DNA of 64,000 bases from an uncultured delta proteobacterium (GCA_963771175.1 CAVYSY010000001.1:64001-128000), one strand, 5' to 3'. Numbered from the stretch's first letter, positions 21,566 through 31,997 are shown. The notes: a model not told the origin generated them from the letters alone. Program-made: numbers and translations.

Positions 21566-22030
21566 TCAGACCTCCCCCTCGGAATTGAGCTTGACGGCGA
21601 GCTGGACGGCCTTGCGGATGCGGCCATAGGTGCCGCAGCGGCACAGGTTCGTCATGGACGCGGAGATGTCGGCCTCGGTGGGCTTGGGGTTGGCCTTGAG
21701 CATCGCGGCGCAGGCCATGACCTGACCGGGCTGGCAGTAGCCGCACTGGGGCGCATCGGCCTCGATCCACGCGCGCTGCACGGGGTGGCTGTTGTCGGGG
21801 CTGAGGCCCTCGATCGTCGTCACCTCGCCGCTCACCGCCGAGACCGGCGTCAGACAGCTCCGCACCGCCGCGCCGTCGATGTGCACCGTGCAGGCGCCAC
21901 ACAGGCCCTGGCCACATCCGAACTTGGCCCCGAGCAGTCCGAGCTTCTCGCGGAGCACCCAGAGCAGGGGTGTGCCGGGTTCCACCTCGACAGTCACTTC
22001 CTTGCCATTCACCTTCAACGACAGCGGCAT
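21566..22030 (-). CDS. (2Fe-2S)-binding small subunit (IorA-like)
   Basis: [14 protein letters not shown]...[17 protein letters not shown]. Confidence 0.93.
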   Translation of the reverse strand: MPLSLKVNGKEVTVEVEPGTPLLWVLREKLGLLGAKFGCGQGLCGACTVHIDGAAVRSCLTPVSAVSGEVTTIEGLSPDNSHPVQRAWIEADAPQCGYCQPGQVMACAAMLKANPKPTEADISASMTNLCRCGTYGRIRKAVQLAVKLNSEGEV

Positions 22031-22173
22031 GCGCCCTCCCTCCAGGTTGATGAACCGGGTTCGGCCGGAGTGTGGATTTCCGGGCGAACTTATAGCTCAA
22101 CCAGGAGGGGGGGAGGTCGTGGGTTTTGAAGAGGCGTGGGGAAGTCCCCCACCTGGAGTGCGAGGAGGCGTCC

Positions 22174-23340
22174 CTACCGGGGCGTGAGCTTCACCAGCTC
22201 GGCGTCCACGAAGGCCTGGAAGTACTTCAGCGCGTCCAACTCCTTCAGCGGGGACATGCTGATGATGCCGCCCAGGTCGCGCTTGCCGTCGATGCGCGAC
22301 AGCAGGTAGCGCTCGGGGGCGCTGAGCTGCATCGTCTTGAGCTGCGCCGCCGACACCCGCAGCGAGGGCACCTGCGGCTTCTCCAGCATCTCCCGGCGCA
22401 GCACCCCCACCAACGCCGCCTCCGCCGAGCGCAGCAGCGCCTCCGTCTCCGGCGAGGGCGACATCTCGTGCGCCCGCCGCGCCAGCGCCTCGCCATCCCG
22501 GAAGTTGCCGTTCTCCAGGAACGACTGTGCCGCCTGGATGACTTCGCTCGTGGGGGACTCGGCGCCGATGACGTCCACGTCCACCACCTGGGCCTCGCCC
22601 TCGTCGTCCTGCACGGGCCGCTTGCGCGCTGGCGGCGTGGCCAGCACCTTCACCGCCTCCAGCCGGTAGAGCGCGTACAGGCGCTGGTACACCAGGAAGT
22701 CCGAGGCGTGCAGCGCCTTGGCCATCTCGTCGATGCTCAGCCCCTCGCGGATGCGCTTCACCAGTCGTGCGTCCAGGCTGCCCGGCTTGGGCGCCTCCGG
22801 CAGCCGGCTCTCGTCCACCGACAGGTACAGGTTCCCCGAGGGAAAGACCCCCCGGATGGCCTGCCACGCCGTCTCTCGGAACTCGCCCTCGCGGTGGATG
22901 TCCGCGAGCTCCACGCGCACGTCGATGCCCTCGATCTCCGCGGCGCCGCCCACGTCGAAGGAGAACTCGCCCTCCTCCCAGGAGAACATGTCCAGCAGCG
23001 CCTCCCGGAACTTCAGGTTGAGCGCGCCGCGGATCGTCTGCTCGGGCACCAGCCCCGTCATCACCAATATCTTCCCCAGCGGCACCTTCGTCTCGCGCTG
23101 GGTGGCGTAGGCCTTGCTGAACTGCTCCTCGTTCAGGTGCCCCATGTTGATGAGGAACTGGCCGAGGAACTCGCGCGGCTGGTTGGAGCTGGCGCTCAGC
23201 ACCTGCCCCTCGCGCAGGAGGATGAGCTTGCGCACGCCCGCTCGCATGACCCTCAGCATCCCCGAGAGGCGGCGGCTGCCGAGGTACGCGACGAGATCCT
23301 TCAAGGGCATCGTCGAGAAGTCACCTGACAGGCCGCGCAT
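22174..23340 (-). CDS. DUF4388 domain protein
   Basis: MRGLSGDFSTMPLKDL...SG.L.V...LGQFLI...W.EGEFSF pattern; C-terminal TPR-like and ERYLLSRIDGKR segments. Confidence 0.8.
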   Translation of the reverse strand: MRGLSGDFSTMPLKDLVAYLGSRRLSGMLRVMRAGVRKLILLREGQVLSASSNQPREFLGQFLINMGHLNEEQFSKAYATQRETKVPLGKILVMTGLVPEQTIRGALNLKFREALLDMFSWEEGEFSFDVGGAAEIEGIDVRVELADIHREGEFRETAWQAIRGVFPSGNLYLSVDESRLPEAPKPGSLDARLVKRIREGLSIDEMAKALHASDFLVYQRLYALYRLEAVKVLATPPARKRPVQDDEGEAQVVDVDVIGAESPTSEVIQAAQSFLENGNFRDGEALARRAHEMSPSPETEALLRSAEAALVGVLRREMLEKPQVPSLRVSAAQLKTMQLSAPERYLLSRIDGKRDLGGIISMSPLKELDALKYFQAFVDAELVKLTPR

Positions 23341-23361
23341 GGCGTCACATCCTTCTGCTGA

Positions 23362-23640
23362 ATGATTGTCCGAATCTACTCGAAACCGAACTGTTGCCTC
23401 TGCGACCAGGCGAAGGCCGTCCTGGAGCGGGTGCGCGAGCGCCTCCCCTTCGACCTGGTGGAAGAGGACATCCGGGCCAACCCCGACACTTTCGCTGCCT
23501 GGCGGTACGACATCCCGGTGGTCATCATCGACGGCCGTGACACCTTCAAGCTCCGTTTGGAGGAAGCGGAGGTCGAGGCGTGCATCCGGCGGGCACTCCA
23601 TGGCACGTCCGTTGCTCCTTCTGGTGGAGGAGGGGAGTAA
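23362..23640 (+). CDS. Glutaredoxin-like protein (DUF836 type)
   Basis: IYSKPNCCLCDQAK, EEDI...YDIPVVIIDG. Confidence 0.8.
   Translation: MIVRIYSKPNCCLCDQAKAVLERVRERLPFDLVEEDIRANPDTFAAWRYDIPVVIIDGRDTFKLRLEEAEVEACIRRALHGTSVAPSGGGGE
23601..23616 (+). promoter_or_regulatory. sigma54 (-24/-12) promoter for the downstream EBP gene
   Basis: TGGCACGTCCGTTGCT matches TGGCACG-N4-TTGCW exactly. Confidence 0.8.
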
Positions 23641-23825
23641 CGCCCTTCGCCTCCCTAGGAAAAACAGGGGGATGGACGGGGTAGGGGTGGGGAGGGGCTG
23701 TAAATCCTGGGGAGAACGCCGGAGGAACAATGGGGAAAAAGGTTCTGGCCGGACGGGGGACACGGTGGTGGGTGGCCCGCCGGCTGCGGCAGGAGTGATT
23801 CGCGATGGTGAGGGGAGGCGAGGGG

Positions 23826-25451
23826 ATGGATCGGATCGCGGTGCTGGTGGTGGACGACGAGGAGCAGGTGCGGACGTTCCTCGTCGAGCTGTTGGGCAGC
23901 TCGGGGTACCAGGTGCGCTGCGCGTCGAGTGGCGCTCAGGCGCTGGAGATGCTCGCCGAGGACTCGTTCGACGTGGTGCTGATGGACGTGATGATGCCGG
24001 AGTTGAGCGGTCTGGAGGTGCTGCGGCGCTACCGGGCCTCCGGCGGCGGTGTGCCCGTCATCGTCCTGTCCGCGCTCTCGGGCGCGGAGGACGCCATGCG
24101 CGCCATGAAGCTGGGCGCGAGCGACTATCTGTCCAAGCCCTTCAGCAACGATGAGCTGGAGGACGCGATGGCCCGCGCCCTGGGCAGTCGGGTGCCGGCG
24201 CGGCAGTCCGCGGCGAGCGCTCCGGCGGCCAGCGCGGCGGCCCAGGGGGGCGGGGATGGGGAGCGCGTCCTCATCTCGCACTCGCCGGCCATGCGCCGGG
24301 TGCGCGCCCTGGTGGAGCGCATCGCGGACACGGACGTCCCGGTGTTGCTGCTGGGGGAGTCCGGCACGGGCAAGGAGGTCATCGCCCGCGAGGTCCACGC
24401 GCGCAGCAACCGTCGCAACCGGCCCTTCATCAAGGTGAACTGCGCGGCGCTGCCCGGCGAGCTGCTGGAGAGCGAGCTCTTCGGTCATGAGCGCGGCGCC
24501 TTCACCGGCGCCACGGCGGAGAAGCCCGGCAAGTTCGAGCTGGCGGACCAGGGCACCATCTTCCTGGATGAAATCGGCGAGATGGCCATCCGGCTGCAGG
24601 CCAAGCTGCTGCAGGTGCTGCAGGACGAGGAGTTCTTCCGGGTGGGTGGCAAGAAGAGCGTCCGGGTGGACAGCCGCGTGGTGGTGGCGACGAACCGCGA
24701 CCTGGAGCGGGAGATCGAGCTGGGCAACTTCCGCGAGGATCTCTTCTACCGCTTGAACGTGGTGGCCATCCGGTTGCCGGCGCTGCGCGAGCGCCCGGAG
24801 GACGTGGTGCCGCTGACGGACCACTTCCTGAAGAAGTACGGGCGTCAGTACATGAGCGGGGTGGCGGAGCTGCCGCCCGAGGTGCTGCGAGCCTTCACCG
24901 AGTACGATTGGCCGGGCAACGTGCGCGAGCTGGAGAACATGGTGCGTCGGCTGTGCGTGCTGAAGGACGCGTCGCTGGTGCTGGACGAGCTGCGCGCGGG
25001 AGGTCGGGCGCCAGCGAGCGCTCCGTCGCTGCCCACGTCTTACGCGGGAGACGGGGAGGTGGATCCTCCGGCTCCGACGGTGCGCACGCCAGCGGCCGCG
25101 GCGAGCGGGGGCTCGTCGGTGCAGGTGCTGGAGATGCCGTCGCGGGGGAGCGCGCCCCAGGCGGAGGTGCCGCTGAACCAGGTGGTGCCGCCGGTGCGCT
25201 ACGCGAATCCGTTCGACGCGCCGCAGCCGCCGCCTCCTCCGCCGAGCATGCCGGAAGGGGAGATGTCGCTGAAGGACATCGGCAAGCGGGCGGCGATGCT
25301 GGCCGAGCGCGAGGCCATCCTGGCGATGTTGCAGCGCACCGCGTGGAACAAGCGGCGCGCGGCCAGCAAGCTGCGCATCAGCTACAAGGCGCTGCTCTAC
25401 AAGATCAAGGAATGCGGCATCGTGGACCCGAGAGCCGCGGCCGAGTTCTGA
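23826..25451 (+). CDS. NtrC-type sigma54-dependent response regulator (enhancer-binding protein), possibly ActB-like by synteny
   Basis: REC (VVDD, MDVMMP, SKPF), AAA (GESGTGKE, GAFTGA, FLDEIG, WPGNVRELEN), Pro-rich linker, Fis HTH. Confidence 0.92.
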   Translation: MDRIAVLVVDDEEQVRTFLVELLGSSGYQVRCASSGAQALEMLAEDSFDVVLMDVMMPELSGLEVLRRYRASGGGVPVIVLSALSGAEDAMRAMKLGASDYLSKPFSNDELEDAMARALGSRVPARQSAASAPAASAAAQGGGDGERVLISHSPAMRRVRALVERIADTDVPVLLLGESGTGKEVIAREVHARSNRRNRPFIKVNCAALPGELLESELFGHERGAFTGATAEKPGKFELADQGTIFLDEIGEMAIRLQAKLLQVLQDEEFFRVGGKKSVRVDSRVVVATNRDLEREIELGNFREDLFYRLNVVAIRLPALRERPEDVVPLTDHFLKKYGRQYMSGVAELPPEVLRAFTEYDWPGNVRELENMVRRLCVLKDASLVLDELRAGGRAPASAPSLPTSYAGDGEVDPPAPTVRTPAAAASGGSSVQVLEMPSRGSAPQAEVPLNQVVPPVRYANPFDAPQPPPPPPSMPEGEMSLKDIGKRAAMLAEREAILAMLQRTAWNKRRAASKLRISYKALLYKIKECGIVDPRAAAEF

Positions 25452-25495
25452 AGCGGTTGGAAATGGGGGGCCCCTCGCACCAGCCCTTGGTGCCT

Positions 25496-25543
25496 CCCTC
25501 TCCCCGCGAGCGGGCTTGCAGGTGGGGCTCGCCGGGGCGAGGG
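25496..25543. terminator. Intergenic GC-rich stem-loop (terminator or REP-like element)
   Basis: CCCTCTCCCCGCGAGC...GCTCGCCGGGGCGAGGG imperfect inverted repeat after the EBP stop. Confidence 0.45.
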
Positions 25544-25607
25544 CGGCGGCCCCACCTTTCTCGGTGAGCCAGATTGGCCCGAGACCCCAGCCCCAGGAGG
25601 GAGCCGC

Positions 25608-26132
25608 ATGAGCCCTCGTCCGACCTCACCCGCCAGGCCCCTTCCCCCTGGTGTGATTGCCCCTGATTTCAGTCTGAACAGCACTCCCGACCAGCAGCTC
25701 TCCCTGTCCGACTTCCGAGGCCGGCCCGTCATCCTGGCCTTCTACCCGGCGGACTGGAGCCCGGTGTGTAGCGATCAGATGAGTGTCTACAGCGAGCGCC
25801 ACGGCGAGTTCGAGCGCTACCACGCTCAGCTCCTGGGCATCTCGGTGGACGGGGTGTGGTGCCACGTGGCCTTCGCCGAGCACCACAAGCTGCACTTCCC
25901 GCTGCTCGCCGACTTCGAGCCCAAGGGCGCGGTGGCGCGCAGCTATGGGGTGTACCGCGAGCAGGATGGCTTCTGTGAGAGCGCCCTGTTCGTGCTGGAC
26001 GCGGAGGGCCGTGTCGCCTGGAGCTACGTGTCGCCCCTCGGCGTCAACCCGGGCGCCGATGGCATCCTCGAAGCGCTCGAGGCGCTCCAGGCGCCCATCC
26101 ACCTGAGCGTCTCCCCCGAGATTTCTCCCTGA
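25608..26132 (+). CDS. Peroxiredoxin (AhpC/TSA, AhpE-like redoxin)
   Basis: APDFSL, FYPADWSPVC, GISVD, FPLLADFEPKG. Confidence 0.88.
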   Translation: MSPRPTSPARPLPPGVIAPDFSLNSTPDQQLSLSDFRGRPVILAFYPADWSPVCSDQMSVYSERHGEFERYHAQLLGISVDGVWCHVAFAEHHKLHFPLLADFEPKGAVARSYGVYREQDGFCESALFVLDAEGRVAWSYVSPLGVNPGADGILEALEALQAPIHLSVSPEISP

Positions 26133-26160
26133 CGGGAAGAAGGGCAGGGCGCCCGGTCCG

Positions 26161-28116
26161 CTACTCCGGGAAGTGCACCACGTGGCCCTCGTCGCCCACG
26201 AGCCAGCTGTCGCTCAGCGAGCTGAGCGCGATGTCCCTCAGGGGCTTGGTCCCCGTATAGGAGAGAGCGGGAGCCCAGCCATTCGCGGTCAGCCGGCGAA
26301 GAGCTCCGCTCGCGTCGGTGACGTAGATGGAGGACGGGTCCAGCGCCACCACACTGGTGAAGGGGGCGGAGGTGTTGTCCGTCGGCGCGGTCACGCGCGC
26401 CCAGGTCGTGCTCCCGCTCCACTTCATCACCAGGCCCCCATCCCCCACGGCGTAGGCGAGGCTGGGGCTGGCCATCCACACGGCACGCAGGGAACCGGTG
26501 TAGCCCGAGACGTCGCTCAGGGTGTGCGCTGTCACGGCGCTCGAGTCGCCGCTGCCGGGATAGCTGGAGATGTGCGGGGTGCTGACGCCTTCCGTGCCGC
26601 CGACCCCGAGCATCTGCGTGGACGCCACACCGTGGATGCCGAAGTAGGTGGGGGGCGTCAGATTGTATCGCTCCTGGGGATCACTGCCCGGCGTCCATGC
26701 GTACAGCCGGCCCTTGGCGTCCACCACGTAGAGCTGGGTCGTCGTCTCCGAGGTGAATCCCACGAGGCCGGTGAAGTCGTTGCCGGAGATGTTGGTCCCC
26801 GGGTTGATGCAGCTCGTGCCGGTGTGCTCGGCGACGCGCGCGCCGTCACCGGCGAGGAACACGTGGCCGTCGCTGGGGCGGACCCATGCGGCGCGCCAGT
26901 TGTAGTTGCCGCAACTCCCATCGAGGCCCGTGAAGGGCTGGCCCGCCGAGGTGCGCACCGCGAGCGCGCCGTTGTCTCCCGCCACCCACACCTGACCGCC
27001 CGCGCCGAGCGCCACGGTCTTCCACTGGCGGGTGCCGTTGAGGGCGGTGTCGTCCGTGAATACCTTCCACCCCTTGCCCTGGCAGACGCCACCCTCGTCC
27101 CGCTGGGTGTCACAGGTGTTGTCCCGGTCGTCGCACACCTCGGTGCCGCCGCCCCGGTTGTGCGCGTCCTGATCGTCGCAGTCGTCCGTGTTGGCGACGG
27201 TGCCCGGAGGGGGCGTCGCACCAGGACACACCGCGACCGGGTCGCGATTGTCGCCCGCGCCATCGCCGTCCTGGTCTGGATGGTAGGAGGTGGGCCTGGG
27301 CGCGTCGCAGGCCAGTCCGTCGTGGCTGGCGTTGCAGACGTTCAGCCCGCCGGGGCAGGGCTCGCTGCACGAGGTGCCCTTGGCGAATCCATCGTCCACG
27401 GTGCCATCGCAGTCATCGTCGATGTCGTCGCACCGTGTCTCCGTGAAGTTGGCGCGGGGGTAGACTCCGGTGTCCGAGTCCCGGCAGTCCGTGGCGTCCT
27501 GCACGTAGCGGGTGGTGCCCGAGTCCGCGGGCCTGGTGCAGCTCAACACCGGAGGGGTGTCCTTGTCGCCGAAACCATCCCCGTCCCGATCGGGGTACCA
27601 GCGCTCGCCCACGCCCTGATCGACGGTCCCGTCGCAGTCATTGTCCCGGTCGTCGCACACCTCGCTGGCCCCGGGGCGGCTGTCTTCTTTCGCGTCGTCA
27701 CAGTCCGTACCGCCGTGGTCCGTGGCGATATAGCTGTCTCCATCCGCGTCCGGCGCGTCCAGGGTGATGGCGAGCTTCTCGACGCCCGCCTTCTTCTCGA
27801 GCTTCACGGTCCGCACGTCCCGGGCCACCTCGGGCCCGTCGCAGGACTGCTCATGGGCCGTGGTGGTGATCTCCAGCGCGTGACTCCAGCTCTCCTGGCG
27901 ATAGACGGCGAGGAGGACTGTCGAGGGCCCTCGCTGGAGCACCTCGAGCTGCTCTTTCGCCTCCCGGCCCGGGTCCTTCGCATCCCGGGCGGTGACGGCG
28001 ATGCACCCGGCCTTGAATCCGTAGGAGACCTCCACCCGGACGGCGGCCTCGGGAGCTCGCGGCAGGCATCCCCCTGCGAGGAGTGGCAGCATGAGCGAAG
28101 CGAGTCGATACCTCAT
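26161..28116 (-). CDS. Lipoprotein with Cys/Asp-rich putative metal-binding (MopE-like) repeats and C-terminal beta-propeller
   Basis: Lipobox AGGC; repeats DCDD..., EVCDDRDNDCDGTVD, YPDRDGDGFG; C-terminal LRAVW...AVGDGGLV repeats. Confidence 0.78.
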   Translation of the reverse strand: MRYRLASLMLPLLAGGCLPRAPEAAVRVEVSYGFKAGCIAVTARDAKDPGREAKEQLEVLQRGPSTVLLAVYRQESWSHALEITTTAHEQSCDGPEVARDVRTVKLEKKAGVEKLAITLDAPDADGDSYIATDHGGTDCDDAKEDSRPGASEVCDDRDNDCDGTVDQGVGERWYPDRDGDGFGDKDTPPVLSCTRPADSGTTRYVQDATDCRDSDTGVYPRANFTETRCDDIDDDCDGTVDDGFAKGTSCSEPCPGGLNVCNASHDGLACDAPRPTSYHPDQDGDGAGDNRDPVAVCPGATPPPGTVANTDDCDDQDAHNRGGGTEVCDDRDNTCDTQRDEGGVCQGKGWKVFTDDTALNGTRQWKTVALGAGGQVWVAGDNGALAVRTSAGQPFTGLDGSCGNYNWRAAWVRPSDGHVFLAGDGARVAEHTGTSCINPGTNISGNDFTGLVGFTSETTTQLYVVDAKGRLYAWTPGSDPQERYNLTPPTYFGIHGVASTQMLGVGGTEGVSTPHISSYPGSGDSSAVTAHTLSDVSGYTGSLRAVWMASPSLAYAVGDGGLVMKWSGSTTWARVTAPTDNTSAPFTSVVALDPSSIYVTDASGALRRLTANGWAPALSYTGTKPLRDIALSSLSDSWLVGDEGHVVHFPE

Positions 28117-28172
28117 GACATCCCTTTGGTTCGTGTAGCGCCACCCCCCCCAGTTGTCCTGCCGCGGGTATT

Positions 28173-29912
28173 CTAGCCCCGGTCGCGGCGCACGGGGACC
28201 TTCTTGCCGCGCAGCGTGGTCTGCCGCAGCGCGGTGATGATCTGATCGGCCATGGACTCGGGCACCTCGACGAGCGAGTGGGTGTCGCCAATCTGGATGG
28301 CGCCGATCCGCTTGCCCTCCACGCCCGCCTCACCGGCGATGGCGCCCACCAGGTCCGCGGGCCGTACCCCCGCGGTCCGGCCCACGCCGATGAACAGCCG
28401 TGCCATCTCGAAGTCCTCCGACGGGCCCGTGCGGCGCTTGGGGCCCCGAGGCTCCGCCGCTCCAGGCCGCTCCCTCATGCTGGGGCGAGCGGCGGCCCGG
28501 ACGTCCTTGCCCGGATGCGCGGGACGCGGGGGCCTCTCCGAGGGCGGGGGCACCAGGGGGATCTCCTCCTCCTCCTCCGCATGGCCCTCCACCTGCGCGT
28601 CGTGGAGCAGCTTCACCCCGGCGGCGGCCACCTCCAACAGGTCGAACTCGGAGGCGAGGCTCTCCACCACGGAGCGGTAGGAGTCGAGCTCGCCCGCCAC
28701 CAGGGCCTCACGCAGGGAGGCACGGACGAGCTCCAGCCGGCGGGCGCGCAGGTCCGCCACGGTGGGCACGGTGGCCACTTCGATCTTCTGGCCGGTGAGC
28801 TTCTCGATGTTGCGCAGCAGCCGGTGCTCGCGGGGCTCGGCGAGGGTGATGGCCACGCCCTCGCGCCCGGCGCGACCGGTGCGGCCGATGCGGTGGACGT
28901 ACGCCTCGGGGGCGTTGGGCACGTCGTAGTTGACGACGTGGGAGAGCTTCTCGATGTCCAGCCCGCGCGCGGCCACGTCCGTGGCGACGAGCAGCTCGAT
29001 GGCGTGGGTCTTGAACTGCTTCAGGACGCGGTCGCGCTGACCCTGGTCCATGCCGCCGTGGAGCGCCTGGGCGCGCCAGCCGCGGCCGTTGAGCGAGACG
29101 GTGAGCTCGTCCACCTCGGTGCGGGTGCGGCAGAAGACGATGGCGGCGGTGGGGGCCTCCACGTCCAGCACGCGCCCGAGCGTGGCGGCCTTGAAGGCAC
29201 GCGGGACGATGTAGGCCGTCTGGCGCACGCGGGGGCCGGTCCCGGGCGCCATCTTCTCCTTGGCGATCGCGCACGTGGACGGGCTCGCTCAGGTGACGCT
29301 CGGCGATGGAGGCGATGCGCGGGGGCAGGGTGGCGGAGAAGAGGGCCGTCTGGCGGTTCTCCGGGGTGGCCTCCAGGAGGGCCTCCAGGTCCTCGGCGAA
29401 GCCCATGTCGAGCATCTCGTCGGCCTCGTCGAGCACCACGGTGCGCACGGAGTCGAGCAGGAGCGACTGGCGCTTGAGGTGGTCGAGCGCGCGTCCCGGG
29501 GTGGCGACGACGACGTCCACGCCGCGCTTGAGGACGCGCAACTGCTGCCCCATGGGCTGGCCGCCGTAGATGGGGAGCACGCTCACGCCCGAGCTTCTGG
29601 CCGTAGCGGTGGATGGCCTCGGCCACCTGCATGGCGAGCTCACGGGTGGGGACGAGCACGAGCGCGGACGCGGAGAACGGCGCGTGCTCGCCGGGGGTGA
29701 TGCGCTGGAGGAGGGGCAGGGAGAAGGCGGCGGTCTTCCCGGTGCCGGTGGCGGCGATGCCGAGCAGGTCCTTGCCCGCGAGCAGCGGGGGGATGGGCGG
29801 CGCGCTGGATGGGAGTGGGTTCCTCGTAGCCGAGCGCGCTGAGCGCCTCCACGAGGGCGGGCTGGAGGCCCAGTTGTTCGAAGGACGGAGGGGCAGCTGG
29901 AATGGTGCTCAC
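28173..29912 (-). CDS. deaD: DEAD-box RNA helicase with DbpA-type RNA-binding domain (DeaD/CsdA-like), frameshifted
   Basis: [41 protein letters not shown]-terminal RLFIGVG...PADLVGAIA. Confidence 0.88.
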
Positions 29913-29981
29913 GTGGGGGCTTGTACCATCCTCGCGAGGGGCCTGCTTGCGTTCCTCGGGGGCTCTCGTTAATCGCGCGTC

Positions 29982-30794
29982 ATGATTCCGCTCGTTCTGC
30001 TCGGGAGTGGTTACACGTTGACGCGGCTGGCGAGTGGGGAGGTGCTCCGCGGGCGTCGCGTGCTGGCGGTGACCCGGGACGAGTCTCGCCGGGAGGCGCT
30101 GTCCCGCGAGGGCGTCCAGCTCCTCTCCCTGGAAGACGCCGTGGCCTCGTCGAAGGAGGCCCAGGTCGTGGTCTCGATTCCTCCGGAGGCGGGGCTCGAC
30201 GCCTCCCTCGCCGGGTCGTTGGAGCGCAGCGGCCCCTCGCGCCTCGTCTACCTCTCCTCCACGGGCGTCTACGGCGGCGCGCGGGGATACGTGGACGAAG
30301 ACACCCCCGTGGACCCCTCTGCTCCGAACGCCCGGGGCCGCCTGGAGGCGGAGGCGCGCTATCGCCGGCTCGGCGGCATCTCCCTGCGCATCGCGGGCAT
30401 CTACGGTCCCGGCCGGGGTCTGCACGAGCGCATCCGCTCCGGGACGTACCGGCTCCCCGAGAGTGGGGGAGGCCGCATCTCCCGGGTCCATGTGGACGAC
30501 CTGGTGGAGGCCATCCGGGTGGTGCTGGAGCGGGGCGAGCCTGGGGGGACGTACTGCGTGGCGGATGACCGGCCGGCGACGCAGGCGGAGACGGTCGGGT
30601 GGTTGTGCGCGCGGCTCGGGCTGCCGCTTCCACCGACGGTGCCGCTGGCTTCACTGCCCGAGTCACTCCGGGGGGACCGGGCCATCTCCAATGCCCGGCT
30701 GAAGGCGCTGGGGTGGCGGCCGCGCTATCCGGACTTCATCGCGGGTTTCTCGGCCCTCCTGGACGCTACTTCATCCTCACTAATGCCCCGCTGA
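29982..30794 (+). CDS. NAD-dependent epimerase/dehydratase (YeeZ-like atypical SDR)
   Basis: LLGSGY, YLSSTGVYG, LRIAGIYGPGR, SRVHVDD. Confidence 0.88.
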   Translation: MIPLVLLGSGYTLTRLASGEVLRGRRVLAVTRDESRREALSREGVQLLSLEDAVASSKEAQVVVSIPPEAGLDASLAGSLERSGPSRLVYLSSTGVYGGARGYVDEDTPVDPSAPNARGRLEAEARYRRLGGISLRIAGIYGPGRGLHERIRSGTYRLPESGGGRISRVHVDDLVEAIRVVLERGEPGGTYCVADDRPATQAETVGWLCARLGLPLPPTVPLASLPESLRGDRAISNARLKALGWRPRYPDFIAGFSALLDATSSSLMPR

Positions 30795-30958
30795 AGAAGG
30801 ACCTTCGTGGCGCCGGGGCCCGGTCCACGGCGTGTGCGTCGCCCCGCGCTTTTCCGGGTTTTCAGCGGACCCCGTGACCTGTCAGGCTCGTGGATCCGTG
30901 CTGTAGACTCCTGACCGGCAGCACCGGCCCAGAATCTGGATCGGCGCGAAGGGGGCAT

Positions 30959-31552
30959 ATGTCGTCCAAGCTGTTAGCGGCATTCAACGAGGGCGTGAGC
31001 CTCTCGATGTCCGGCAACCACGAGGCCGCGCTCCAGGCGTTCGACCGCGTTCTGGCGCAGGATCCCAACGACGTGCTGGCGATGAGCGCCAAGGGCTCGG
31101 AGTACGCCAGCCTGGGACGCCCGCGCGAGGCGCTGAAGTGCTTCGAGCGCGCCATCGACCTGGACCCCGAGACGGCGGAGCACTACCGCAACGCGGCGCT
31201 CTGCCAGCTCGAGCTGGACGAGCCGGAGCTGGCGAGGAACCTGCTGGAGCAGGCCCTGGCGCTCAACACCGAGAAGGCCTGGCGCGAGGCGAGCGCGGTG
31301 GAGATCGCCAACCTCGGCGAGGCGCTGCTGACGGAGTCGGGCAAGAACCGGACGCGGGGCATCGGGCTGACGGGCAAGGCGCGCTACCGGCACGCCCGGC
31401 ACGTGCTGGAGGTGGCGATGGAGCTGAACCCGGGGCTGGCGGAGGCGGCCAGGTCCCTGGCGGAGGTCTGGGCGCACCTCGGCGACACGGAGAAGCGCGA
31501 CCAGTACACCCAGCTCGCGGGCCGGCTGCAGCGCGCCGCCACCACCGTCTGA
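30959..31552 (+). CDS. TPR repeat protein
   Basis: TPR signatures EAALQAFDRVLAQDP, EALKCFERAIDLDP, AMELNP. Confidence 0.82.
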   Translation: MSSKLLAAFNEGVSLSMSGNHEAALQAFDRVLAQDPNDVLAMSAKGSEYASLGRPREALKCFERAIDLDPETAEHYRNAALCQLELDEPELARNLLEQALALNTEKAWREASAVEIANLGEALLTESGKNRTRGIGLTGKARYRHARHVLEVAMELNPGLAEAARSLAEVWAHLGDTEKRDQYTQLAGRLQRAATTV

Positions 31553-31553
31553 G

Positions 31554-31997
31554 TCAGAGCGCGCGCCACATCAGGTAGTGCGGGCCGATGCCGGGCAGGT
31601 CGAACTCCTGTCCCTCCACGGCGAAGTCCAGCGCCCGGTAGAAGCCCGAGGCCGTCGTCCGCGCGTTGCACCACAGTCGGGTGCCGCCGTGACGCGCCGC
31701 GTGATCGATGCAGGCCCGCAGCAGCGCCGCCCCGTGACCCTTGCCCTGCTTGGCGACGAGCACCGCCATGCCCCGCAGGCGCCACTCGGTGGGTGACTGG
31801 GAGCCGGGCCGGGCCTCCCGGTAGAGCGACGCCACCCCGAGTTGCTGGCCCTCCACGTACAGCCCCAGGTGCAGCGTGTCCGGAGCCTCGTCCCCCGGGT
31901 AGACCAGCTCCTCGGGGCGCTGGTGGGGGCGGAGCACGACGTGGCGGAGGTAGCGCGTCTCGGCGGCGGGGATTCGGCGGAGCTCGTAGGGGGGCAT
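31554..31997 (-). CDS. GNAT family N-acetyltransferase
   Basis: LRHVVLRP, WRLRGMAV..QGKGHG, WCNAR..A.GFY. Confidence 0.88.
   Translation of the reverse strand: MPPYELRRIPAAETRYLRHVVLRPHQRPEELVYPGDEAPDTLHLGLYVEGQQLGVASLYREARPGSQSPTEWRLRGMAVLVAKQGKGHGAALLRACIDHAARHGGTRLWCNARTTASGFYRALDFAVEGQEFDLPGIGPHYLMWRAL

Noticed and set aside
18202..22100. Long N-terminal extensions of XdhC (608 aa) and the Mo subunit (921 aa)
   Set aside because: The extensions are off-frame read-through of neighbouring genes; real starts are at 19338 and 21563.
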